Part shown: one piece after another, positions 1 to 14,474 of the stretch
Numbering within the stretch: position 1 is the stretch's first letter
Layout: each line of letters begins with the position of its first letter
From: the human T2T-CHM13v2.0 reference genome, Homo sapiens
DNA: 64,000 nt
Direction: 5' to 3' (one strand)
Assembly: GCF_009914755.1 (NCBI RefSeq)
Contig: NC_060927.1
The notes under the pieces: generated by a model
Databases searched by the model: none
What the model saw: only the letters and a program-made list of their open reading frames with translations
Told to the model about the DNA's origin: nothing
Translations under genes and position numbers: made by a program

Positions 1-149
1 GGTGCGCCGTTTCTTAAGCCGGTCTGAAAAGCGCAATATTCGGGTGGGAGTGACCCGATTTTCCAGGTGCGTCCGTCACCCCTTTCTTTGACTCGGAAAG
101 GGAACTCCCTGACCCCTTGCGCTTCCCAGGTGAGGCAATGCCTCGCCCT
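1..149 (-). mobile_element. 5' end of a very young L1 (L1HS-like, possibly L1PA2), missing roughly the first 175 nt of the 5'UTR and continuing left out of the window
   Basis: Reverse complement matches the L1HS 5'UTR as recalled (GACGGACGCACC...GAATATTGCGCTTTTCAGACCGGCTTAAGAAACGG), with CpGs intact. Plus strand 2-91 encodes the ORF0 C-terminus VRRFLSRSEKRNIRVGVTRFSRCVRHPFL*. Confidence 0.9.
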
Positions 150-2670
150 CCCATTCTCACTCTCTTTATGTAGGAAACAGATATCTACAAATACCTATCA
201 CCAACTTTGACCTCTCCCTGAGCACCGGCACATCTTTCACTGAATTATTGAGTAAGACATTGTCCTAGGAACTTGGCATATACATAACGACAAGAGCAAA
301 CAAGAGAGATGCAGACTCTCTCCCTACTGGGCTTGCAGTCTAATCGTAGACACAAAAGATTACAACACACTGTCATAAGACTATAATGGGGAAAGCTTAG
401 GGCACTGTGGGATGGCACAGGGAGACCATCTACCTGGATTTGAGGATTAAGAACTTCCAAGGGGACATGACACAAAAGCTGAAGCCTAAAGGTGAGTACA
501 AGTTATCTATGTGAAATGGGGAAGACGAAGTGTACTATGGCCAAGAAAACAGCCAATATGAAAGCCATGTGGTAAGAGCACGGTACCAGGAAATGAAGAA
601 AGTGGAGGTGTGCACGTGTGGACTCCTACACATGCACACTCTGTGGGTGTCACCGCTAGGAGCCAGAACAGAAAGGAAGGATCTTATGGGCTATTATCTC
701 TGAATTTGAGCTTTATCCTCCAAACTATGAGGAGCCCTGAGATGGTTGAAGACAGGAGAGTGACATGACCAGATGCACATTTCTGAACTATCACTATGGC
801 AGTGGTGTGAATGAGACATTAAGCAGGGCAGCTGAGAGCTTAGGAACTTGTTAAGGTTATTCAGGCAGCAGCAGTTCAGATATAAAGAAAGCAGCAGATT
901 CCAGAACTCTTAAGAACCATTTCCTGTGACTACTAAGTTCTTCCAGCCTGAAGGCAAATTTCATTTTTACTTTTCTTCAGAGCTCCGCAGGAAAAAGACA
1001 GGACAAGTAGAAACCAGTCCTGCACTGTTAATTGACGGTCCAGAAAAGTAGAAGCTGGAGTGACGTGCTGCCCAGAGCCATACTCAGCACATTCTCAGCT
1101 TTGGATTTAAACCGACATATGTATCTGGCACAGAGGGCCTCGTCTCAACAGTAACTTGCCTTTGCTTGCCCAGTGAACCAAAACCATATTTTTAAAACAT
1201 AGCAGTGTTAAAAACCTCAAAAATAAGTAAAAAGGAGATGAGTTTTGCTACACTACCTCTCAAAAATTTTTGGTTCTCTTACCACTTTACCTGATGGAGA
1301 AATTGTCATTAGGATCTCTTCAGTGAAAGCAAAAGATAGAAGGGCTTAATTTGTTTCTTCCAAAATATCCAAGCCTTATGGTTGCATTTCCAATGAGAAT
1401 AATCTAGGATGGGGCAAAGACTTCTCCAAACGCATAAGGGAAGTAACTGGCCCAGATAAGCCAATGAGAGTTCACCAAGGACAAGAAGCAGAATCAAGAT
1501 GGGCTAAACAAGTCTGATCTTACAGGCACTTGTGGTGTTGAAAATAAATGGCTGGAGGCGAGGAGGGTGGAAAGATTGTTACTATTCATAGAAATTATTA
1601 AGAAAATCCAGAATTACATGGTAAACTATAAGGGCAGTAATGCTGTCATTGACCTTTTGGTTGTCTCCCCAGTATTCCATCTGCCCCTCTAACATGCAGT
1701 TTGAGAGGAGCTAACCTTGACAAGAGCTTCAGAGGTAAGTTCTCACTGGCATTAGCAAGCCAATATTATCCTATACTCTGGCCAAGTACTGTTTCAGGAA
1801 GGACACTTACCCATGGCCACTATGATTAGCTTGGGGGTAGGCACATGAACTAGGTTAACAAAACTCTCGTTTGTTAGTTGGGGCAAATATGCTGTCTCAA
1901 TCTCTCTGGATATGGACCAAGAAACATGTAACTCATGGGGCTATTGGCAGTTATCTCGCAACCATCATAGACAGGAGAACCAGACTTGAGATGACACTGA
2001 TGGCATGATAGGTAGAGCAAAAAAATAGAGCTACAATGACACCACTGAGCCTTGGGATTAAATCCACCCCATAGGCCATTCTACAAATAAATTTGCCGCT
2101 TACCAACATCTTCTTCATCATTGAAGCCATTTTGTATTAGGATTTCTAAGTTTAGAAACTAAATGGGCCTGAGGAACAGCCTGGCAGTTGGATGGCTAGA
2201 CTTGTATAGGGTCCAGAGGGCAACCATCAATGCAGAGTGATCACTTAGGATCCAAGGGCGGTCACCCCCATATGATCTTCCTTCTGCCTGAAGAGCCCTC
2301 AGCCCTGAAAAACAGGTGGTAAGTAGCAGGGAAGGCAGACATCTAATGAATGTGGAGAGGTGGGAGTGTAAGGGACACAGTGGGCTGAAACTTCTTCCCT
2401 CACCTGAGCATGCATTAGGAAGATGAGTCTGGAAACACTGGGCTTTGTCCTGAGGGTCCAAGTGGAGCAGTATTTGAGTCATTTCTACCTCCACCCAATC
2501 CACTTTTAACTATTTCTCATATCATTTTGCAATAAGAGATTTTCATTTCTCAAGCAAAATGAGGACAGAAATAGAAGAAGTTGGAGGAGCATTTCACAAA
2601 TGATTAGAAACAAAGTATGAGATGCTTTTTTTTTCCTGTTGAAGGATAAGTACAAGAGGGAATCAGATAC

Positions 2671-2832
2671 CTGCTTCAGGTGTGCATTTAAGCCTTCATG
2701 CGTGGCCTTCAGTAGTGCCCGCACTGTGAAACTATCAGGATCTTCTTTATCTCGAATTTGAGATTCTTTTAACAGTGACTCCAGTTTTTTCCTTATGAAA
2801 GATTCCACCTGATGCTCAGTGGTCCCATTACT
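2671..2832 (-). CDS. PLCH1: PLCH1 exon F (162 nt): SNGTTEHQVESFIRKKLESLLKESQIRDKEDPDSFTVRALLKATHEGLNAHLKQ, X-Y linker
   Basis: Acceptor ctttgcag|AGT, donor AAGCAG|gtatct. Phase 0-0. Lies within ORF 2506..2910 and matches recalled PLC-eta1. Confidence 0.94.
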
Positions 2833-4951
2833 CTGCAAAGAATTAAGTAACACAAATGATTTCCTTAAGAAACACACCGAATTAGAATATACCCTTTGAT
2901 CAAGCCACAATTGCTTCTATAATTTCACTTCTCTCAATTACTTGTAAGAAATTAAGCTCAAGTTCATTGTACCATCTCAGTCTTCCCTCCTCCACAAATC
3001 CTTTAATAATAAGGATTACTATTTATTAAGAACTAATTCTCTGCCAGCTACTCTTCATGTGACTGCATTCAGTCCTCAGGAACCTTATAAGTATTATTAT
3101 CATTTCCATTTCAGTGATATAGAATCTGATGCTTAGAGAGAAATCAAGTAAGTTGTTCCTGGTTACATAGCTAGCAAATAACTGAAGCAGGATTCAAACT
3201 CAGGACTCCAAAGCCCTTCCCCCTATGCTTATGCTATTTGATGCTTTTAACAGATAAAAGGCCAGGGAAAGTTTTTGGAAACTAAGTTTTCTAAACCTAC
3301 ATAAATAAATTAGAACAAAAATATGCTATTAAAATAAAACTACTTTTTTCACTGAGGAGAAAAGAATGCTATGGAAATTTCAGGAGTTGAGGATTATTGT
3401 GAGATATATTTCCTTACTATTTCCAATCCCATTGTATAGTTAGGGGGAACCCCAATTATTACCTCAGCCATGATTTGTCATTACAATTACTTTAAGATCA
3501 CAACAAATTTCAAGGGGTTTGGATATCAGAGCTATGACCTGTCCAGATGATGACTCACAGAATTTTGAGGTGATCATGGGATATAGATTCTCTCAAAGTC
3601 CTGCTTAGCACAGCTTTTCGGCCATTTGTTCTGCTTGAAACCAATGGCCCCAGCCTCCGTTCATAGCTCTTCTGCTCTTCCAGTGCACCTACCTCTCCCT
3701 GTTTCCAATACCTTTCCATAAATTCTTCAACCACTTGCTAAAGACCAACCCCCCAAAGGGAGGAAAGGGATACTCCTTCACAAGAGCAATTCCCACATTC
3801 TTCACGAAAAGTTTAAGGCTGTTCTTCCATTTGCAAATCTATTTCTAAGAGGTCATTATATGTGGACTCTGCATAATGGGTAGCTTTCCAATAATGCATT
3901 CATTTTCACAAAATCCTGTAAGAGCAAAGCAATTATAAATGCCCTAAGGAAAAATTTCAAAAATCTATACCAGGATAGGTTATTGAATTTCCCTGTATCA
4001 CTATCACATGCATTAATATCTTTAACATGCCCAATTAATGAGGCACTCCACTTCCCTGGAGACCTCCAGGTCCAGAAGGAGATGCAAGGATGAAAAAAGA
4101 GTTGGCTCTTAACATCAGAAGGGAACACCCTCCTGTCATGCTAGAAAAGGCATGTCCCCAAATATTCTACCCTGGTCATCAGAGATGCCCACAAAAGCAC
4201 AGACAACCAATACAACAGAGTTTCTGATAAGGAACACGGCATTACTACCTGAGTGACTGAGAAGGCCCCACAAAAGAGGTGGGAAGTGATTGTAACTCAT
4301 TGTAACTGAGATTTCAACAGTGATGGAAAGAAGGGCTTTCCTGCCAACCACAGTTCTAGCAAAGGATTTACATGAATTAAGAATGTTCTGTAAATGCAAA
4401 GAACACATGAGTTTTCCTAGAGTTCATGGAGTAGGGTAGTGGCAGATAAAGAACTTTGGAGAGCGGAGGGACTTGAAAGCAAGAGGTATGGAGCTGCTAA
4501 GAGAGTCTTTGAGTGAACAAGTCCTTGGGTAGCAACTCTAGAAACAGTATTAATCTGGCAGCGTATGCCAAAAGAGGAAGTGTGTCTGCAGATGAAACAT
4601 CAGGCACACTGGGCCCCAGTGCAGGTACTAAGTGCCTAGGCCAATGTGCTGGGGGTAGTTAATAAAGTTGAGAGATAGTTTGGGAACAAAACTCATTTTG
4701 TATTAAAAAAAAAACCATGTATTGTGTTTCTGCTGTGCCAGGTGAGAAGTATTAAAGAGGAATACCCCCCACTGTCACAGAGCCCTCAGTGTCATTGAGA
4801 AGGCCAACACATCCCTGGATAATTACACAAGCAGGAACAAGTAGAGAGGGGTAGCATATGCACACAGAGGAGGCGCAACTTGTCCAGCCTTGGGGAATCG
4901 GGGGACAATTCCAGGAGCATAAGAAACCTGAGTCAAGCCTTAAAAGATAAG

Positions 4952-5735
<784 letters not shown>

Positions 5736-5895
5736 TAATGACTAACAGCTGATCATCTGGCAAAGAGTAGGGGGACAGCATTTCAATGTGAGGAAAAGCA
5801 TGGAGAAAACAAAAAGTATCAAAAGAACCAGTAATCATATGAGCAAGGAGAAATGAGCCACAGGGAAATACAGAAAAAGCAACTAAGATTGTACA

Positions 5896-6197
5896 CAGTA
5901 GTCCCCCTTTATGCATGGGAGATACATCAAAAAATCCTCATTGGATGCTGAAAACCATGGATAGTCCTGACCCCTATGTATGCTGTGTTTTTTCCCATAT
6001 AGTAATGGGTGGATACACTGGACAAAGGGATGATTCACATCCCACGTGGGGTGGAGTAGACAGTGCAAGATTTCATCACACTTCTCAGAATGGTGCACAA
6101 TTCACAACTTACAAATTGTTTATTATAGAATTTTTCAATCAATATTTTGGGCCATGATTGACTGCAGGAAGCAAACCCACAAATAAGGGGGAGACTG
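5896..6197 (-). mobile_element. MER44/Tigger7-family non-autonomous DNA transposon
   Basis: Termini cagtagtccccc...gggggagactg followed by TA. Internal gatttcatcacac...cagaatgg core, also seen in the copy at 46306. Confidence 0.75.
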
Positions 6198-7520
6198 TAT
6201 TGTACTAAGGCTCCCAAAGCACTGTCATGTAAAGATACTTCATTTGAGCTGCTGAACCCTGTTTAAGGCAAACACTAGGGCTAGCCAATTTTTTCTCATA
6301 ATGACACAGGCAGAAAGGTTCAGCCACTCAACCAAACACACAGGCCTATGAAAATGGCTGAATTGCAGCTTGAACCTCCTAAGACTTCCCATTCAAGACT
6401 GTGGCTATTTTTCCATACAATGCAGCAGCCATCCCTCTTATATTGTTACAGAAAAAGAGAAAAGAGAAATTCTTGAGTCAAAGTAACCATGCACAGGTTC
6501 ATATTTTAAAAAGCCATTATTTCTATCATGGAACCAGGGAAATACATCATCACAATCCCTCTGGGAAAAACAATTTCACTTAAGGTCAGAAGCAAATCCA
6601 AGAAAAGAACTCCACGTCTCTAACCCCCAACGCATTTGATCAAGACCCAGGGCCCAAAGGAGTGTGCATTTGCTGCGAGGACAAAAAAAAAGAAAGCATT
6701 TAAGAGCACCTAGGGTATCCAGTATCACACAGAATGCTCCAAATGAGCATCCATTTCCTTCTCTCACTCAGGGCCTCACAAAGAGGCAGAGACTTCAAGT
6801 AAGGAGAAGATCTGTGGCCATAACACCAAGTCACTTTCACTGTCAGCAAGGAAAGGCTCAAAATACAAAGCCAGAGCCGATCCAGAGCTGGTAAAATAAA
6901 GAATGCTTAACACAAAAGCTATAATTATTCACTTCACATCCTCCAAATACTGGGAGCTGCTAAAGGAATGATATCTCTGCCTGTTGATCTTTTTCTGCTC
7001 TGTGATTTACTGCACAAGAAAATTGGCAGCTGTGAAGAACAAATAAATGTGTGGCTGAGGTTTCATTAATATATTATCATTCAGCCCTGGAATCCAATAG
7101 CACTACTGAAAGGAAGCTAAGACAGACACTTGACCTCGAGACCTATCAGGCACCATGCACCTGCAGCAGGGACCACAGCTGAAAGCCATATGTATCTTGC
7201 TCTTTTGTTCTCTGGGCCAATGGGTGAGAAAGGACGCTGCAGCTGGGGGCTGGGGGAGAGCAGTCATTTCATATGGTGGGTAGTTTCCACCAGAGAAGTA
7301 ATCAGGGTTCTCAATTCCCTTTTTTGAGAGATAAATCTGATCTAGGAATCCCTCTACCACAAGTAAATAAATTAAACATATTCTCATTTTGTCTCCAGCA
7401 TGAAGCTAAATCATCGCTGAATATGCAGAAGGATGCCCCAAACCACAACCATCATTCCAGACTGGGAAGATCCAGGAAAGGGGAGAAATTGGGTGCTGCT
7501 CCTTGAAAGGAACCTTCCAA

Positions 7521-7687
7521 ACAGTGGGCTCTACCTGCACTACACATTGCAATCACCAGCAGAGTGCTCAGAAATCCCAGGCCATGCCCCAGACCCATGT
7601 ATCAGAATCTCTGGGCCAAGACCCAGACACTGCGGTTTTTGAAAGCTACCCATCATTCCAATATGTGGCCAGAGTTGAGGAACTTTG
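7521..7687. mobile_element. MER5A-like hAT-Charlie MITE
   Basis: cagtgg...tcagaatctctggg...ccagagttgaggaac pattern. Confidence 0.65.
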
Positions 7688-8949
7688 CATTAAAAAAAAA
7701 AAGGCAAAAAAGTTGAGGACCTTTGCTTTAAAAAAAAAAAAAAAAAAGGCAAAAAACTAAAAACTGAAGTATTTCAACATCCCCCCAATTTTTTTTTCCT
7801 TTGGCTAAAGTCCAAAGATGGGAAGAATAATATATTGCTGCCCTTTCTGAGTGCCTTACTGCTTTCCAAGCTGTAAGACCTGAAGGTCTTGGCTGAAGAA
7901 CAGCTGCTTCTCAGCCATTCAAGCCTGTGTGTTTACTCCTGTCCTCTACCATCTCCTGCCTGCTCCTTTAGCTCACTTAACAACATATTCTTCTGTTCAA
8001 GGACCAGTCATATCCATGTATTAGAAACAACTAGAATCTTCCAGGGAGATTCCAAGTCACCTTTATCATTCTCTACCCCTTGTCGCCAGGATGTACTAGC
8101 ATGCCCAGCACCTGGGCTTTTTGACTCAATGAATGCTTTCAACAGCAAGACCTTGTAACCTCAAGAGGTAACTCATGCTGTCTTTGAGTGCTGGTATGTT
8201 TTAAACGAACAAGATTCATAATCCTTTTTAGGATAGCTCAAAGCATAAAAGGAATGATAGGAAAAAAGATGAGGGAGGAAAATTATTAAAGTGTTTAGTG
8301 AGAGATATACACATGCAGACTGGATAATGGTTTTAGAATATAAGACAAAAATTGCTACATGTCACTGCACCAGGACTCCTTTAGAACTTGCTGGAAGGCT
8401 TGGTGTTTATGGGATCAGCTTTACGTAGGAGATACAGAGCTAATGTTTATGCCCAAGAAGCTGGCAAAACAGATTTAGAGAGCACAAGATAAAAGACACT
8501 GCATAACTCAGCAGAAGCAGAAAAAAATTAATGAAGTTAAAATACAGAGGTGGAAAGTGTGTAGAGCACACTGACATTAGAAGACCCATAAAGATGAATA
8601 ATGGTGACTTCGCCTCACAGAATCAAATCTGTTAGATTACTACTCTGTGGTTGAAAGGAACTTGTCCTCTGTGTCTCTGAGTTGTATGATTCTTGGGTCA
8701 CTGAACACACTGGCTTTACCTTGTGGCTTACCCATTGTGAGCCAGATTTTCTCTATGGCTGGAGCCACAAAATAATATGTGGTAGAAGCTTAAAAGATTC
8801 AGTTAATTCAACAACAGAAGCATTTATTACATAAGAAAAAAACTTAACAGTATGGCTTAAACCGCTAGCTTAAAAGTAACAGGAGTCTTGTCCTCCTGCT
8901 CTGCATCTAACTCCAGGGTGGTGCCGGGAGAGCCTCAAATCCCGCTTCT

Positions 8950-9365
8950 GGCCTTTGCGCTTGGGGTTCTTTCTGCCTGGAACATTCCTCCTCAGGTATC
9001 AGCATGGCTAACTCTTCACTTCTTTCAGGCCTTTGTTCAAATGCATCTTCCCTGTGAGGCCTTTCGTTGACATCCCATCTAAAATTTCAATAGATCCCTT
9101 ACATATACACATGCATAAGTGTGCACACATGCACACAGACACACACACACTTTTTTCCTTTAGCACTGATCACTGTCTAGTACACTATATATTTTACTTA
9201 TTTGTCTTATTTCTTGTCTATCCTCCTCTTCTCCCATTGATGTGTAAACTTCACAAAGGCAATGATTTTTGTCTATTTTGTTACTGATATATCCTCCAAT
9301 ACCTACAACAATGATGAGCACATGTCCAACAGGAGATGTTTAATAAAAGTTTATTGAATGTACAA
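8950..9365 (+). mobile_element. L2 3' fragment
   Basis: ggcctttgc...tctgcctggaaca...ttattgaatg, typical of an L2 3' end. Boundaries approximate. Confidence 0.65.
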
Positions 9366-10888
9366 ATGAATCTTACATGACCTCATGAGAGTTGGTGTTC
9401 CAGTGTAAATGAATGCAAAGTTAAAATGTGTATTTATTGCAATAATTCAGATATAAATCTAACCACATTCTCTCAACTTAAAACTGAGGTTAAGAGCTTC
9501 CTCTAAGATAATTATTGGTTCATATAAACTATCCAAAGTACACCCTCTTTTGCAGAAATATGATCAGATATTCAGTTTCTCAGGGAATTTATTATAAATT
9601 CACCAGTCAGGGCATTTGAGCCCTCTGCCAACAATAGGACTATAAATGGTCTGATTACAAGATAATACTTTGCCTTTCTAAACACGGCATTGCCTTTTCT
9701 CAGAAAAGCTCAAAAATAGCAAAAAACAATTTGAAATATTTCTCCAATGTTGATTTACTTCTTTTCTCTTCCAAAATATAACAAAGAGATGCCTATAAAC
9801 ATTTACAGTTAAGGTGCTCTACTTTCACTTAGGGCCAAACCAAAGAATCCAAATGAAAGATCATATCTAACTCCATGGAATCATGTTCCAAACCATCTCC
9901 TGATGTGGGTTTCCAGAAATCAACTACTCTTAGTAAAGAAAAGAGGAATCCAGTTGGATACTCCAATTTGTTCCCATAAGACTACAGCTTACTATTTTTT
10001 GCATAACTACATATATTTAACTTAGGAAGTTGGAGAGCTCACTGGCATCAGAAGAAAAATGAAATAGCTGAGTGAATAATGATAGATCTACACTATGGCT
10101 GGCAACCAAGAGATCTAGAAAACAAGATGCAAAATGATAAAAAATCAGAGACAAAAATCTGGTTTATAAAGTAATGCTAAAAAAAAAGCTAAATTATCCA
10201 TAATCATAATTAATTATAAAAAATAAATACCTAGAGGAGAAAAAAGCAACTATTTAAAATATTAACTGTATAATGACACCTCAAGCATAGTTTTCAATCA
10301 TGTAACTCTATTTAGATTTTCTGTAACCATAGCCCTATTAATTAATGGTATTTAATTTTGCTAACATAAACTATTAAAAGGCAAGAGAAGAATACAGATA
10401 GTAACTTTTCCTTTTCACTTCAAGCTGAATCTTCTCCATTTGGCCCATTTAAAGGGCATTAAAGCCAAGAAAGAAGTGTCTACTGAGACATCAGCTCTCA
10501 TTAAGCTCTTGTCCCCTTTGAAAATAATGCCAGCTCATTTTCACAACTACAGGAAAGCCAACACAGAATTATCTGAGAGTGGACTGTTGTTAACAATGTA
10601 ATAACTGAATTCAGGGCAATGGTGTAAATTACAAGAATTTATACAAAATTTCTCTCTCTTTTTTTTTTTTTTTTAGAGGGTAGAATCATAGTCCTGATGT
10701 CTAGAGGACTAACCTTTTCTGTAGAAATAAAATTCTATACCAAACTATCATCCCTGTGTGCTCCTCTCAGGTTGCTGTGTTACTCTAGCAATCAAATGAG
10801 TTATAGAGTTACAGAAAGAAGCGATGAGGCATCTTTTTAAGTCTTATATTTCCCTCAGGTTTGTATTTCCCTTGGATCACCTGGCTAA

Positions 10889-11220
<332 letters not shown>

Positions 11221-11843
11221 CTAAATGATGCTTTTCTACAAAGGAGGCTCCTTCATCTAGAAAAGGGGGCTGACACACCAAGTGAGTAACAAACTATTCC
11301 ATGCCACTTTATTGAAGACTTGACAAATTAAAGATTTAGCCAAGAGGTCCATGTCTGGAAGGGCTTGGAAATCCCTCTGGTCCAAGGTACATTTTCTTAA
11401 AGAGGGCATGGGCATCCCAGAGAAGCAGGTCCACGTGCAGGTGGGGTTCCTCCAGCCAGCCTTGACAAGGGAGCATGGGGGGCTGCTAGCATGAGGTAGG
11501 GAAGGCAATGCTAAAAGTAAAGCCAGCTTTTATTATCAAAGACAGTAACATTTCCAACTACAATTTGATTTTTGAATTTGTAATAGGAAATTTATCCCTG
11601 GAGAGAGGGTTGAATGAATTAATCACTAAAATTCCTTCCAACACTCAGACACAAGAATCCTTGACTCATTCATTCAACAAACATTTGAATGTCTATGTGC
11701 CAGCAAATAAAGTAATTTTCAATGAATATCCTTTCTACACCACAGCCACCGTAATTGTGAGGCCTCCAACACAGTAGCAACTTGGAACTCCATTTTAATA
11801 CAGCATATCAAGGATAAAAAATATGGTCATGCCTGCAACTTAC

Positions 11844-11951
11844 ATAATGGAGCTTGAATTTGCACTCGTCTTCAATTTCATCTGCACTGTCCTCATCGGA
11901 AACTTCCCCTTCCTCTGCATCATCCCCAAGGTGATAAGGCAACTTCTTACC
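11844..11951 (-). CDS. PLCH1: PLCH1 exon E (108 nt): GKKLPYHLGDDAEEGEVSDEDSADEIEDECKFKLHY, end of X box plus acidic X-Y linker
   Basis: Acceptor ccatttcag|GGT, donor CATTAT|gtaagt. Phase 0-0. Continues KILVK|GKKL from exon D. Confidence 0.95.
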
Positions 11952-11991
11952 CTGAAATGGAACAAAACATCCCATTTAAAAATGAGAATAA

Positions 11992-12485
11992 ATTCACAAT
12001 AGCCAAAAGGTGGAAGTAACCCAAGCATCCATTGATGGATGAAAGGATAAACAAAACATGTATGTACATACAATGGAATCTTAGCCTTTAAGAAGAAGGA
12101 AATTCTGATACATATTACAAAATGAAGGAACCTTGAAGGTATTATGCTGATTGAAATAAGCTAGACATAAAAGAAAGTGTATTGTATGATTCCATTTATA
12201 TCAAATTCATAGAGACAGAAAGTAAAATGGTGATGGCAAAGGGCTGAAGGTAGGAGGGTATCGGGAGTTGTTGCGGAATGGGTATAGAGTTTCAGTTTTA
12301 CAAGATGAAGAGTTTTGGAGATTGGCTGCACACAATGGGAATGTATTTAATACTACTGAACACACTTTAAAAAGGGTTTATTGTATACATTTAAAAATAG
12401 TTAAGATGTTAGGTAGATTTTAGGTCACATGTATTTTACTACAATTAAAAATCATTTTTGAAAAGTAAAAACTGAAAATAAAATG
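11992..12485 (+). mobile_element. Old L1M (L1MB-like) 3' end fragment
   Basis: attcacaatagccaaaaggtggaag...gggtatagagtttcagtttt...caagatga. Begins about 40 nt from the exon E acceptor. Confidence 0.8.
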
Positions 12486-12681
12486 TTGTATCATTAAGCT
12501 AATCATTACTTCAGACTGACTAGAAAGCAGACAGTCTGAATTAGGGGCAAAATAAGGGGGAGTGGAGACTTTCAAAAAAGGGAAGTCTTATTACTTTCAA
12601 TTAAGTAGAATTAATTAGAGATACTATAGTTTAAAAAATCAAACCAGGCTTCTATTCAAAAATAGATGACTTGGAACCTGG

Positions 12682-13161
<480 letters not shown>

Positions 13162-13172
13162 TTATGTACAAC

Positions 13173-13492
13173 TGCTATGGTGTGAATGCTGGTGTCCCCC
13201 AAAATCCATGTATTAGAACCTAATACCTCACCCATATGATAGTATTAAGAGGTGAGGCATTTGGGAAGTGATTAAGTCATGAGGGCTCCAACGAGCTCCC
13301 TTGCCCCTTCTGTCACGTGAGGACAAATAGTAGGTACTATCTATGAGAAACAGGCCCTCACCAGACGCCAAATCTGCCATCACCTTAATCTTGGACTTCC
13401 CAGCATCTAGATCCACGAGCAATGAATTCTGTTGTTTACAAGTTGCCCAGTCCAAGGTGGTTTTGTTATAGCAGCTCAAAGGAACTAAGACA
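13173..13492 (+). mobile_element. Solo MaLR LTR (MLT1A/MSTD-like)
   Basis: TG...CA termini (tgctatggt...actaagaca). Perfect 5-bp TSD acaac at 13168-13172 and 13493-13497. Confidence 0.85.
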
Positions 13493-14098
13493 ACAACAAG
13501 CATGCTAATATCCCTCAGAGCAGCTTATTCACCTAAGCAGGTTACATGTGTCCTTAACACTTATGCCTCACTTTGCATTTCGCAAGCCCCTCTTTCACAG
13601 ACAATGCAGCGAGACTCCTGCCCAGCTTGAGCACCTCCCCCAGGACCAGGCCACTCTTGACTTACCTAACAACACACTTTAAAAATGAGGGGCTTTTTGA
13701 CAGGGAACATTCTTATAAGATATTAAGACAGTTAAGTTATAGAATTATATATATAATATTATCTCAGTGATTAAAAAACAGCAAAAAAGTCTAAAAATAA
13801 ATATGGTCAATTGTTAAGGGTAATTATCTCTTTATAACAGTACTATGAGGGAAATTTACATTCTCCTTTCCTGCATTTCCCAAATTATATTCAAAAACAG
13901 TAAATGTAAACTAAAAAGGACAGCAGGGGGTAAGGCCCAGGGGTCTGAGAAAGGCTTCGAGGGCAGCTATCTGTATTAGCAAGGCTTTTTACTACAGGCA
14001 GAAAGGAATATTTATTACCAAAATATTGAATTGCTTCCAGAATCAGAGGGTGGGAGGTGGAACAAAACCAGGCTCTGAGGCTAAGAGGCCAAGGCGAC

Positions 14099-14429
14099 TG
14101 CAGTAGGCAGCCTCTAAATAATAGTACCAATGTCTCCTGTCTCAGTATTCACGCCCTTCTGCAATCCCCTCCCTTTGAGCGTGGCCTGGACCTAGTGCCC
14201 GACATCTAATGAACTGAGTACAGCAAAAGTGATGGGAGGTTACTTATCAGATCAGGTTATAGAAACACTATACCTTCTTGCTTGCTTGCTTCTCCAAACT
14301 TCTCTCCTTTCCTGGAGCTCTCTCTCTCTCTCTCTCTTCTTTCTCTCTCTCTCTTTCTCTCTCTCTCTTCTGTCTCTCTCTCTCTCTCTTTTTCTCTCTC
14401 TCTTCTCTCTTTCTCTCTTCTTTCTCTCT

Positions 14430-14474
<45 letters not shown>

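Noticed and set aside
3500-4420. Non-repetitive-looking stretch with two 90-aa minus-strand ORFs, considered as extra PLCH1 exons or an ancient element
   Set aside because: Exons E and F already join seamlessly (KLHY|SNGT). I recognise no motif and cannot assign a repeat family without a search.
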